This document shows, one piece after another, positions 34,448 to 46,759 of a stretch of DNA of 64,000 bases (its first letter is position 1; each line of letters begins with the position of its first letter). The notes under the pieces are model-generated. The model did no database searches, had not been told where the DNA came from, and saw only the letters and a list, made by a program, of their open reading frames with translations. The position numbers and the translations under genes are program-made. Source of the DNA: Dendrobates tinctorius (Eukaryota); assembly GCF_039654945.1 (NCBI RefSeq), contig NW_027361673.1, forward strand, positions 26,102,001-26,166,000. The letters are read 5' to 3'.

Positions 34448-37400
34448 ATGTCTTCTTCTGAATCGGCCTATTCGCCATCCCAGGAAGAACTAGCCCAAGC
34501 AGATCGTGAGGTGAGGATCTTGCTGCCTTTGGGTAAGTATAACTGCTGCATCTAGAAATGTGTTATAATTTTTTTTCTTTACAGACATCGGACACGGCAA
34601 GTGAAGGCGAAGAGCAGGAGCAGCCTGAGCGGGAGCAGCCTAGCCAAGTCGCGACGAGGAGACACAATGTAAGTATATACTCTTTCAATGTTCCTTTGTT
34701 TGTATTTTTTTTCTGTCTTTCTTTTCATCTTCTATCTTGCTTCTTCTCTGTTTCTTTTTCTATCTTTTTCATTCTCCCAAATTTCCAAGATTATAATTTT
34801 TTTGGTTTGTTCTAGGTTCCACAACGGGATGAAGAAGACATGTACATCGACAACGAGCACCTGATTCGCCTTGTTGAGGAGCGTATCCCGTTGTGGGACA
34901 GCCGTGACCAGCAGTACAAAGACACAGTAGTGGCCCGGCAGCTCTGGAATGAGGTGGCCGCAGCGATGATGGATGGCTGGGACAGCGCCTCTCCCACTTC
35001 AAAAAAGGCGTTCAGTAAGTATAAAGCTGCTCTGTGATGCTGCATTGACTCTTGGTCCTGATGGTACAGGTGTGTTTGTTGCAAGATATATTCTTGCATC
35101 AAACACACCAGTGTCCTCTTGATCAACAGTCATTGCTTTGTGTATTGGACTGCTGGATTGATTCTGTTTTTACTCTTGCTCCTGAAGGTACTGGTGTGTT
35201 TGGTGCAAGATATATTCTTACATCAAACACACCAGTGCCCTCTGGATCAACAGTCATTGCTTTGTGTATTGGACTGCTGGATTGATTCTGTTTATACTCT
35301 TGCTCCTGAAGGTACTGGTGTGTTTGGTGCAAGATATATTCTTGCATCAAACACACCAGTGTCCTCTGGATCCACAGTCATTGCTTTGTGTATTGGACTG
35401 CTGGATTGATTCTGTTTTTACTCTTGCTCCTGAAGGTACTGGTGTGTAAGGTTTAACTGTCATTCAAGGTTGGGGACACTCGCTTGGCAGCGAAATGATC
35501 AGATCCGGCACGGGTTTTCCATAAAACGATAACACAGTCCATTCGGTTTATTCAGGCATCATAAACCATCAACAGCAACATAAAGTTCATATAAACAGCA
35601 TAGCGTCCATGACAGAGCTTCACTCTGTTTATCCTGTGGTCACACAGGTTGTGCAATGTCCAGCACACAGGCTCTCGAGCCTCAGTTATATCCCCTGTCA
35701 GGGTTACCTCATGGCTGCTTCTCCATGCAGAAGCTCATTCCATCTCCCTGGGAACTCTCACACACTTGCAGCCATTAAACACAGCATCCACATGTGCTGT
35801 TAGGAAGGTAGCCACACGAGACCTTCCATATGGACCAATCGGGTCCAAGCATTCACCCGTGCTGTTAGGAAGGTAGCCACACGAGACCTTCCATATGGAC
35901 CAATCGGGTCCAAGCATTCACCCATGTGACCTACCCTGGCCACCTTATATGGTCTGTAGCCACGCCCACCGGATCACATGGCTATGACCTCATCACAGGT
36001 CCTTCACTCACACACACACTGTCTTTACTATAGGTGTTTTTAGACACACCCCTAGGTGGATTTGTAGGTAGCTCTCCCTAACACAATGGCACGAAAGATC
36101 ATCTCTGCTGATCAGCCCATAATCAAGCCTTCATCCCAAGGCCACCCACCTTGAGATACATTACGATCATTCAGCATCCTACTCCTATCAGGACACTGGA
36201 AATGCTTATACGCCTGTTCTGGGACACCCACACAGCGCCCCCTAGCGGACACAGTAATCACTACACCACAGGTGCAAGATATATTCTTGCATCAAACACA
36301 CCAGTGCCCTCTGGATCAACAGTCATTGCTTTGTGTATTGGACTGCTGGATTGATTCTGTTTTTACTCTTGCTCCTGAAGGTACTGGTGTGTTTGGTGCA
36401 AGATATATTCTTGCATCAAACACACCAGTGCCCTCTGGATCAACAGTCATTGCTTTGTGTATTGGACTGCTGGATTGATTCTGTTTTCACTCTTGGTCCT
36501 GAAGGTACAGGTGTGCTTGTTGCAAGATATATTCTTGCATCAAACACACCAGTGCCCTCTGGATCAACACTGATTGCTTTGTGTATTTAACTGCTGTCTT
36601 GATTCTGTTTTCACTCTTGGTCTTGAAGGTACTGGTGTGTTTGTTGCAACATATAATCTTGCAGGAGACACACGAGTATCCTCATGATCACCAGTGATTG
36701 CTTTGTGTATTGGACTGCTGTATTGAATCTGGTTTTATTCTTGCTCTTGAAGGTACTGGTGTGTTTGTTGAAAGATATAATCTTGCAGGAGACACACGAG
36801 TGTCCTCATGATTAACAGTGATTGCTTTTTTGTATTGGACTGCTGTCTTGATTCTGTTTTCACTCTTGGTCTTGAAGGTACTGGTGTGCTTGTTGCAAGA
36901 TATATTCTTGCATCAAACACACCAGTGCCCTCTGGATCAACAGTGATTGCTTTGTGTATTGGACTGCTGTATTGAATCTGGTTTTATTCTTGCTCTTGAA
37001 AGTACTGGTGTGATTTTGCTGCAAGATATAATCTTGCAGGAAACACACCTGTACCATCAGGATCAAGTGACTGCTTTGTGTACTGGACTGCTGCATTGAA
37101 TCTGGCTTTACTCTTGCTCCTGATGGTACTGGTGTGTTTGTTGCAAGATATATTCTTGCATCAAACACACCAGTGCCCTCTGGATCAACACTGATTGCTT
37201 TGTGTATTGGACTGTTGTATTGAATCTGGTTTTATTCTTGCTCCTGATGGTACAGGTGTGTTTGTTGCACGATATATTCTGGCAAGAAACACACCTGTAC
37301 CATCAGGATCAACAGTGACTGCTTTTTGTCTAGAATTATTTTGTGATGCCGCATTGACTGTTTGGAAAGTTCACTCAGGTTTGTGTGCTGATAATGATGT

Positions 37401-40400
37401 TGGTATCAGTGCATTGCATAACATTTTTTCTTTGTTTTTCCAACAGTGAACAAAATCCACACACGTTGGCGCTCGATGAAGGACTGCTTCAACACTGATG
37501 TTCGTGCTGAGGGAGAGGTTCGCAGTGGTTCAGCGGCAAGGACCAGAAGAAAATATCGTTATTATCGCGAGTTAACGTTCCTGAGACCGGTACTTGCCAG
37601 CAGAGCGTAAGTATAATTTTTTTTTTTAAACCCCTTAATCCCATGTGACGTACTATCCCGTCAATGTGCCCTGGGACTTAATTCCCAGGGACGGGATAGT
37701 ACGTCACAGCGATCAGCGGCGCCCACGTGGTGAGCGCCGCTGATCGCGGCCGGGTGTCAACTAATTATCACAGCTGACACACGGCACAATGTGTCAGGGG
37801 CGGTCACGGACCGCCCCCGACACGTTAACCCCTTGCACACCGCGATCAAACAGGATCGCGGTGTACCAGGGGTTAAAGGGAAGCATCGGCAGGGAGGGGT
37901 CTCCCTCTGTGCTTCCCTGAGCCACCCACCGCAGCGCAATGTGCAGTACTGCTGCGGGGGTCTCTTTCCCTACAGGTCCCCGGATCCAAGATGGCGACGG
38001 GGGCCTGTAGGGAGCGGACTTCCTCAGTGCCTGCAAAGCGCAGGCATGAGGAAGTCTGCGTCTATGCCTGTGACAGATCGCTGATCTGTCACAGTGATCT
38101 GTCACAGTGATCTGTGATGTGACAGATCAGCGATCTGTCACAGGACAGTGATGTCCCCCCCGGGACAACCTAATAAAGTTAAAAAAAAAAAAAAAGGTAC
38201 AAAATTTTTTAAAAAAAAAAATATTCCCCAATAAATTCATTTTTTGGAAAGAAAAAAAGAAAGAAACAATAGAAGTACACATATTTGGTATCACCGCGTC
38301 CGTAGCGACCTGCCCTATAAAACTGTCCCATTAGTTAACCCCTTTAGCGAACCCCTTAAAAAATAAAAAACGAAGCAAAAAATAATGATTTATTATCATA
38401 CCGCCAAACAAAAAGTGCAATAACGCGCAACCAAAAAGACGCATATAAATATCCATGGTACCGCTGAAAACGTCATCTTGTCCCGCAAAAAATGAGCCGC
38501 CATACAGCATCATCAGCGAAAAAATAAAAAAAAGTTATAGCTCGCAGAATAAAGCGATGCAAAAATAATTATTTTTTATATAAAATAGTTTTCATTGCAT
38601 AAAACCGCCAAAACATAAAAAAACGACATAAATGAGGTATCGCTGTAACCGTACTGACCCGAAGAATAAAACCGCTTTATCAATTTTACCGCACGCGGAA
38701 CGTTGTAAGCGCACCCCCCAAAAGAAATTCATGAAACGCTGGTTTTTGTTCATTCTGCGTTCCAAAAATCGGAATAAAAAGCGATCAAAAAATGTCACGT
38801 GCCCGAAAATGGTACCAATAAAAACGTCAACTCGTCCCGCAAAAAATAAGACCTCACATGACTCGGTGGGTCAAAATATGGAAAAATTATAGCTCTCAAT
38901 ATGTGGTAATGCAAAAACTATTTTTACAATAAAAAGCGTCTTTTAGCCTATGACAGCTGCCAAACATAAAAACCCGCTATAAATAGTAAATCAAAAATAA
39001 TAAAATTAAAAGAAAATGTATTTACCGTATTTCCATTTTCCCATTAGGGTTAAGGCTAGGGTTAGAACTGAGATTAGGGTTAGGGGTGTGTTGGGGTTAT
39101 GGTTGGAGTTATAATTGGGGGGTTTCCACTGTTTGGGCACATCAGGTGCTCTCCAAATGCAATATGGCGTCTCATCTCAATTCCAGCCAATTCTGCGTTG
39201 AAAAAGTCAAATGATGCTCCTTCCCTTCCAAGCTCTGCCATGCGCCCAAACAGTGTTTTACCCCCACAAATAGGGTATCAGCCTACTCAGGACAAATTGC
39301 AAAACAACTTTTGGGGTCCAATTTCTCCTGTTACCCTTAGGAAAATAAAAAATTGGGGGCAAAAATATCATTTTTGTGGAAAAAAATGATTTTTTTATTT
39401 TCACGCCTGGGCGTTATAAACTTCTGTGAATCACTTGGGGGTTCAAAGTGCTCACCACGCATCTAGATAAGTTCCGTGGGGTGTCTAGTTTCCAAAATGG
39501 GGTTACTTTTGGGGAGTTTCAATAGTTTAGGTACATCAGGGGCTCTCCAAACGCACATGACACCCGCAGACCATTCCATCAAAGTCTGCATTCCAAAATG
39601 TCACTTCTTCCCTTCCGAGCCCCGACGTGTGCCCATACAGTAGTTTTCTCCAACATATGAGGTATCAGCACACTCAGGACAAATTGGAACACAACTTTTG
39701 GGTTCCAATTTCTCCTGTTACCCTTGGGAAAATAAAAAAATTGGGGACTAATTGATCATGTTTGTGGGAAAAATAAGATTTTTTTATTTTCACGTCCGGG
39801 CATTATAACTTCTGTGAAGCACTGGGGGGGTTCACAGTTCTCACCACACATCTAGATAAGTTCCTTGGGGGGTCTAGTTTCCAAAATGGGGTCACATGTG
39901 GGGGGTTTCCACTGTTTAGGTACATCAGGGGCTCTCCAAACGCGACATGGCGTCCGATCTGAATTCCAGCCAATTTTGCATTGAAAAAGTCAAACGGCGC
40001 TCCTTCCCTTCTGAGCTCTGCCATGCGCCGAAACAGTGGTTTACCCCCACATGTTGGGTATCAGCGTACTCAGGACAAATTGCACAATAACTTTTGCAGT
40101 CCAATTTCTCCTGTTAACCTTGGTAAAATAAAAAAAATTGAACCTGAAGTGTTTTTTTTGTGAAAAAGTTAAATGTTCATATTTTTTTTTTAAATATTCA
40201 AAAAATTCCTGTGACGCACCTAAAGGGTTAATAAACTTCTTGAATGTGGTTTTGAGCACCTTAAGAGGTGCAGTTTTTAGAATGGTGTCACTTTTGGGTA
40301 TTTTCTATCATATAGACCCCGCAAAGTGGCTTCAAATGTGATGTGGTCCGTAAAAATAAAATGGTGTTGCAAAAATGAGAAATCACTGGTCAAATTTTAA

Positions 40401-42280
40401 CCCTTATAACTTCCTAACAAAAAAAAAAATTTTGGTTCCAAAATTGTGCTGATGTAAAGTAAACATGTGGGAAATGTTACTTATCAAGTTTTTTGTGTGC
40501 TGTATCTCTGTGATTTAAGGGCATAAAAATTCAAAGTTGGAAAATTGCGAAATTTTCAAAATTTTCGCCAAATTTGTTTTTTTCCCAAATAAACGCAAGT
40601 TATTTGAATGAAATTTTACCACTAACATGAAGTACAATATGTCACGAGAAAAGAATGTCAGAATCACCGGGATCCATGGAAGCATTTCAGAGTTATTACC
40701 TCATAAAAGGGACAGTTGTCAGAATTGTAAAAATTGGCCCGGTCATGAACGTGCAAACCACCCTTGGGGCTTAAGGGGTTTAACCTGTCCTTTTCTATTC
40801 CACAGCTGATGCTTCTTGTAAATGCATGATAGTAATGTATTTCCTTTCTTGCCACAGCACCTGGAGCAGCACCCTGCAACCTGTCCCTGGAGCGGTCCTT
40901 CATCGGACGACCTTGGACCGTCCCAGCCAAGAAGCATCTTGCAGGTCAGCAACACAGACAGCTGGTGACCAGGAAGCTGGTCAGTCAGGTGTTCCCCTGT
41001 CCCAGGTCTCTGCCACTGGTTATGCGGGCACTACCCGCCAGCGGCAGAGGGCCTTGGACAGGCCTGTCATGCCAGAGATCATGCACTTGAGAGAGGCCTT
41101 TCAGGCCAGCCTCAAGGCGCTGTCAGCCAGAGTGGATAGCGGTTTTTCCCTGATGGAACGCGGTTTTAACCACATGGAACACCGCTTCCACTCTGTCGAC
41201 CAGCGCTTTGACCGTCTGGAGGCCGACCTCAACAGACCAGCGCACCATTTTTTCAGTAAAATTGAACAGGGCATGGCGGAACACCTTAGTTCTGAGCAAC
41301 AGCTGAGTGTGTTACAGGCCTGCAACACTGCTTACTTACAGGCTATGCAGCAGAATCTGTATGTGCAGCAGTCAGTGGTGTCATTTCCAACAGTGCCACC
41401 ACTGACTCACTACACCTCCCTACCGACTTCTGCTGCATACCACTGCACGGCCACCTGCATTCCAAGCCAAGTCGGACACCACTACACCACACCAAGTCCG
41501 AATGCTGCTGGACACTCCACCGCCACCACCACTATGGCAAGCGCTGCTCCTGTCTGGAGCACCACCACCGCACCACCTGCTTGGAGCACCGCTACCACAG
41601 AACCTGCTTGGGCCACCGACACCTATTCTCCTGTTCAGAGCACCGCCAACATTTCTCCGTCTAGGAGCACCGACACCACCACTCAACAGCATTCAAGGAG
41701 CACCACCACCACTCCTCATCAAAGGAGCACCGCCACCAATTCTGCTCTGAGCACCGACACGTATCCTCCTTCTAGGAGCACCGACACGACTTTGTCTCCT
41801 AGGATCACCGCCACTTCTTTGAGCACCGACATGAGTTTGTCTCCTTCTCAGATCACCTCCACCGCCGCCACTTCTAGGAGCACCGACACAACTTTGTCTC
41901 TTTCTAGGAGCACCGCCACTTCTAGGAGCACCGCCACCACCACCACAGAGCATCAGAGAGGTGACCCACATTCCATCTTTTACAGGTCAACACCACGGTC
42001 TACCAGCTCCAGGCGGTCGAGCAATGTAAGGCGGTCACACGGTGGAAGTGGGTCCAGGCAGGATACTCCTGCGCCAAAGAAAAAAAAAAAAAAAAAAAGA
42101 CGTTGTTTGTCCATCCACGCTCTCCTCCTAATGTGTCTCAACCTGCCTCCATGTCCATCCCTGAGCTCCCTTCCCCCAGTACTTTTGTCGCCCCTTCTCA
42201 TAGAACCCGTTCCTCAACTTCCAGCCGTTCCTCGTCTCTCCACACCCCCAAAGTATCCTTCCCCCAAACGTCATTCATAA
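34448..42280 (+). CDS. Harbinger Myb/MADF DNA-binding protein; predicted exons 34448-34510, 34585-34668, 34816-35014, 37447-37606, 40858-42280
   Basis: LIRLVEERIPLWD...LWNEVA joined to TRWRSMKDCF...YRYYRELTFL. GT-AG sites with consistent phases. Long Ser/Thr-rich tail with poly-Lys. The first exon is least certain. Confidence 0.75.
35047..37320. repeat. Tandem array of about 12 copies of a 124-bp unit, each with a long stem-loop
   Basis: GCAAGATATA recurs at 35081, 35205 and 35329. Each unit contains ACTGGTGTGTTTGGTGCAAGA-TATAT-TCTTGCATCAAACACACCAGT or a variant. Confidence 0.92.
35445..36270 (-). mobile_element. Solo LTR (826 bp) inserted in the fourth hairpin unit
   Basis: TGT...ACA ends, GGTG on both flanks, a 65-bp internal tandem duplication from 35794, and minus-strand TATA-like and AATAAA motifs. 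Confidence 0.7.
37631..40778 (-). mobile_element. piggyBac-like non-autonomous element, inverted relative to 23010-26279
   Basis: CCCCTT...AAGGGG ends; reverse-complement homology to the 23-26 kb copy; it lies in an intron of the MADF gene. Confidence 0.8.
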
Positions 42281-42488
42281 TAAAATAAATGTGCAATTCT
42301 GCTTTAAAAAAATATGGTTTGATTAACGTGTCTTTCGCCGCCTACACACACTGCGCCGTACACTTAGCGTTTTTGACACCAGATATCTCCATTACTGAGA
42401 CATGTTTCTTGTGTCAGTCTTGGAGATATGTGGTGTCAAAAAAACAAATCTATATGACTTGTATTTTCACCACCAGTCTCTTCAGTCT

Positions 42489-43805
42489 TCAGTTTGGGTG
42501 CTCTCTAGCCATGACAAAATTATGTAGAACCACACAGGCCTTCACCACTTCATCCTCTGTTTCCAGTTTCAGATTAATGGCTGTGCCGAGAATGCGCCAT
42601 CTGGATACAAGTATACCAAAGGCACACTCAACAGTTCTTCTGGCCCTGGTCAGCCTGTAATTAAAAATTCTTTTGGTGTGGTCCAAGTCCCGGCTGGAGT
42701 AGGGCTTGAGCAGGTTTTGGCACTTCTGGAATGCCTCATCCCCAACCATTACAAAGGGCTGAGGGGGACCTTCGGTGTGGGGAAGAGGCCGTGGCATGGG
42801 GAAATTGAACTGGTTGCCATACAATATCTGGCCCATGTCCGAGTTCTTAAATGCCTGGGAGTCATTCCCACGGCCAAATGCACCAATGTCCACTGCAATA
42901 AACATACAGTCTGCATCCGCAATGGCAATGAGTACACTAGAAAAGTACTTTTTATAGTTGTAGTACTCAGATCCAGTTCTTTTTGGCTTGATAATCCGGA
43001 TGGGTTTCCCATCAACCGCTCCCAAACAGTTGGGGAAATTGCAGACTGTCCAGAATTTTTCGGTGATTTTCAACCACTTTTCTGCTGTGGGCAGGGGCAT
43101 GAATTCTGGACAGAGAACGTTCCACAAAGCCCGGCAGGTGTCCGCTACAATTCCAGACAACGTGGATATTCCAATATGGTACCTGAAGTGGAGTGAAGAG
43201 AGGGTCTCTCCAGTAGCCAGGAATCTGGGAAACCAAGAAAATACAAAAATTAATATTTATGTATATGGATTTTTAAAACACCAAAAAAAAAAAAAATTCA
43301 TAAAATACATCTGCAGCCTTTTGTTCACTACATGCCATAAAAAAAATACTGCAGCCTTTTGTTAACTACATGGCAGAACTATAATTCTGCCAGATTTGGA
43401 ATAGTACATGTCACAACAAAGAAAATTATGCAGGCATTGGTTTTGCAATACTACGTACCGTAATGTGACCAGGAGCCGTTCCTCAGGAGTAATCGCACGA
43501 CAGAGCTGTGTGTCCTGTCTCCGGATGGCTTCTTGGACACGACCAAGCAAATCGTTAAAGGTTTGTTGGGACATCCGTGTATAGTCTGTAAATTTCTCCA
43601 GGTTTGCCTGAAGCTCACTGTAGAGGGTGTGGTACGCTCCACGGCTCTCTCAGAGTTCAATAATGGGATGTATCCACAAACGCCGCCGCTACCGTCTTCG
43701 CTGCCTCTCTCTCTCCCTTTGTTGATGGCAAGCAACTGCATAAGCCTGAGCCATCCTGATGTCCAGATCCAAGTCAAAGTCAAAACTCTTCCAGCGCAGA
43801 TCCAT
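42489..43805 (-). pseudogene. Harbinger DDE transposase (HARBI1-like); exons 43805-43459 and 43224-42489; premature stops
   Basis: LWIHP, LVTLR/FLATG, FPNCLGAVDGK, YNYKKYFS, VGDEAF, VECAFGILVSRWRIL and LHNF motifs; TAG and TGA in exon 1. Confidence 0.9.
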
Positions 43806-44758
43806 GTTTCACAAAGGAAAATGCAAGGAAATGTGAAGAATTCAGCTGTAAACAGGGTTAATATAAAGAATTCCCATAACACACGCCCACTGCTGACCCA
43901 TTGGTGGAGTCTGTTGCAAGAATTTTTCAAGGATTTTTCTCCTGTGAAATGGGACACCTAGACTACCATTGCGCATAAAAAACGCAAACGCATGTAAAAA
44001 CGCTTACAAACGCACAAAAAACGCTGCGATTATTTGTCGTAATGCGCACAATAATGCTACAAAAAAACGCAGCCTTTTACAAGCGTTTGCACGCGTTTTT
44101 GACATGCGTTTCATGTGCGCTCGATACGCTGCGCAAAAAGGCGCAAGTGTGAAACTAGCCTTAGCTAAACATTATACACAATAGCAATGCACCCAAAACT
44201 ATACAGAAATGGCACAATGTCATCAGATTTCACATGTGCTCAAATTTAGCATTCACAGAAAAGCTCTGAAGGGGAGACATCAAGTCTGCATAATGCACAC
44301 ATCAGCGCTAGAAGCATTCCACCATTTAGTCAGAGATAATCTTGCTCTGATGATGATGAAACCTAGCCATCTCATTTGCCAGTGCATCATCTGAATGATC
44401 ATAGAGTGTTTCAGTAATACATACATAGAATTGCATGTAAATATACATATTTATTACAGAAGCATAGCTTCCAGAGGTCAGGTGTCATTGACGTCTCTAA
44501 ATACATTTTTACTCTTTAAAAATCAGCCCCATGCGGATATCTGCACGTGAGACGATGGTCAGAATGGAGCAATAAATGAATGGTTTGATCAATGGAAATC
44601 TTCAAGATCCCCCCTATGACAGCAGAGAGGGAAAAGTTCTACTGACAACATACACGCAGCACGGTAACGATGGACAGTCCGGCTCTTTTGGTGAACGGGA
44701 TTCATTTGGCTCTGCTCACAAAATTGAGCCGACCTTTCATTTATTCCAAATGGATCCC

Positions 44759-44761
<3 letters not shown>

Positions 44762-44846
<85 letters not shown>
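44762..44846. repeat. (TA)n microsatellite
   Basis: About 42 perfect TA units. Confidence 0.98.
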
Positions 44847-44849
<3 letters not shown>

Positions 44850-45901
44850 CAAGCAGCTAAATACAATATTTATAATAAAATCACTGCGGTACAGTTTTTT
44901 TCAAGCTGGGTGTGCAGGATTTCATTCTCATCAACAACCGAACACCAACAAATTACACCCAGTTCAAGCCATCCAGAAACTGCAACCAACGTTCACGGGA
45001 TAATAAACCTATCAGGACACAGAGCATAGTGAAGGGGGTAATTCGGTGAGGGAGAGATTGATTACAACAGACCTCTCAATGATGGAGAAGGCAACACAAA
45101 CAGGAGAAGCAGCAGTGCGGAGATGAGATCTGCTGCTTACTGATTTATTGCCCACACATCCAGGTTCCTGGTGAAGACCGTGAACACCTCCTGCGTTCTT
45201 GCCTCCAATAGCTATAGCTAGGACATGTAGCACGCCGAGGTCAGTACAAAAGAAGGGACTTTGGCAGCGGTATGCAAAATTGTGTGAATATACTGTAATA
45301 TGCTGCAAAACCAGCGTGCAAGTAACTGGAGGCGCATGGCAGTGACGTCATGCACTCCTGTCACTTGCACGCCGACATCAGCTGCTGGCTTCAGAAGAGG
45401 ACGTTGCGTGCCGAGGGAATGGACGGAAGGTGAGTACAATGTTTTGGGTTTCATTTCTACGCATTAAAGAACAGCAGCAGAACGGGGGACATATACCAGG
45501 ACGGAGCCCAGGATAAGGGACATATACCACAGTGCGTGCGCTGGAGGGATTGATAAGTCTGCAGTCACAAAGAGTGACTGCAGACTTATTGATTTGGACT
45601 GGACAACCCCTTTAAATCTAAAAAAATCTAAATATATCAATGCCAAAAAGAAAAAAAAATAAATAAAAAAAGGAGGGTATCAGCCCCTTGATCCCTTCAC
45701 GACATGCGCCATACATATATGGTGCATGTCGGGTCTCCCCCGTTGATGTGTGCTCCGGGGCTGAGCCTGCATCTTTTCTGGCACATGACAGCTGATTTGA
45801 TCAGCTGACACGTGCCACTAACAGCTGCATGTGGAAATGTGATCCACCCGCCGCTGTTAACATGTTAAGTGCCACTGCCAATCTCTGACAGCAGCATTTA
45901 A

Positions 45902-46759
45902 AGGAAATATGTCACCCTTTTTTTGGCCAATGAGCTGCCGCAACTGACATCAGGGGCTTATCTACAGCATTCTGTAATGCTGTAGATAAGCCCCCCATGT
46001 AACCTGAAAGATAAGAAAAAAGAGTTAGATTATACTCACCCGCGCGGCTCTTAGATACCCGCTGTTTACATTGGATACCAGTTTGCTCGCTGGTAGATCT
46101 GTCTATGTGACAGCTCACCAGCGATCAGATAACTATGTCCCAGCGATCCCATCCATGTCGGATCATTGGTGGGATCGCTGGGACATTGATGTGTGTAACG
46201 GGGCCTTAACTCCTTTTTCTTATCTTTCAGGTTACATCGAAGGCTTATCTACAGCATTAGGCCGGTTTCACACATCCTGACATTTTCAGTACAGGAAAAA
46301 ACGATACCGGAGATATCCGTGTCCGTGTGTAAATTTGTGACATTCATGTGGCATCCGAGTGCTATCCGTATGTCTGTGTGTACCATCCGTGTATTGAAAA
46401 AATTTGTTCCAATGTTAACCCTATGACTTCAAAAACGCACACGGACACCATCCGTGTGCGGTACGTGTTTACACGGACCCATTGACTTATATGAGTCCGT
46501 GTGATCCGTGGTGTTGCACAAAAACGGACATGTCAGCGTATTTTGCACACGGACACACGGTCCGTGAAAACACGCTGATATGTGCATAGACCCATTCATT
46601 AGAATGAGTCTACTGTGTCAATGTCTCCGGTACGTGAGAAACTACACTACACGTACCGGAGCCACTGACGTGTGAAATTGCCCTTACAGAATGCTGTAGA
46701 TAAGCCCCTGATGTCAGTGGCGGCAGCTCATAGGCCAAAAAAAGGGTGACAGATTCCCT
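45902..46759. mobile_element. T2/Kolobok-like MITE
   Basis: TTAA-AGGAAATATGTCACCC ... GGGTGACAGATTCCCT-TTAC with long inverted arms. Confidence 0.7.
46260..46683. mobile_element. Harbinger-type MITE
   Basis: TTA TSD; GGCCGGTTTCACAC / GTGTGAAATTGCCC ends; ATCCGTG/CACGGA subrepeats. Confidence 0.75.

Larger units (their letters stand above)
33856..44160. mobile_element. PIF/Harbinger DNA transposon, two-gene type, with nested insertions
   Basis: TTA TSD; TIR GGCTGGTTTCACACTAGCG / CGCAAGTGTGAAACTAGCC; convergent MADF-domain and DDE transposase genes. Confidence 0.92.

Noticed and set aside
35047-37320. CRISPR-like array
   Set aside because: The units are near-identical along their whole length with no unique spacers, there are no cas genes, and the context is a vertebrate intron.
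35052-37449. Repeated short ORFs in the array (LLCVLDCW, ARYILASNTP)
   Set aside because: They are by-products of a 124-bp period that shifts frame each unit, and they lie within a predicted intron.
40826-42280. 484-aa mucin-like host gene
   Set aside because: It lies inside the Harbinger TIRs and splices in phase to the MADF exons, so it is the last exon of the transposon gene.
42489-43224. In-frame TCAIM-transposase fusion by splicing
   Set aside because: The host intron is phase 0 and the transposase exon 2 acceptor is phase 2, so the fusion would be out of frame.
44576-45029. ORFs with YIYIYI runs
   Set aside because: Translation of the (TA)n microsatellite.
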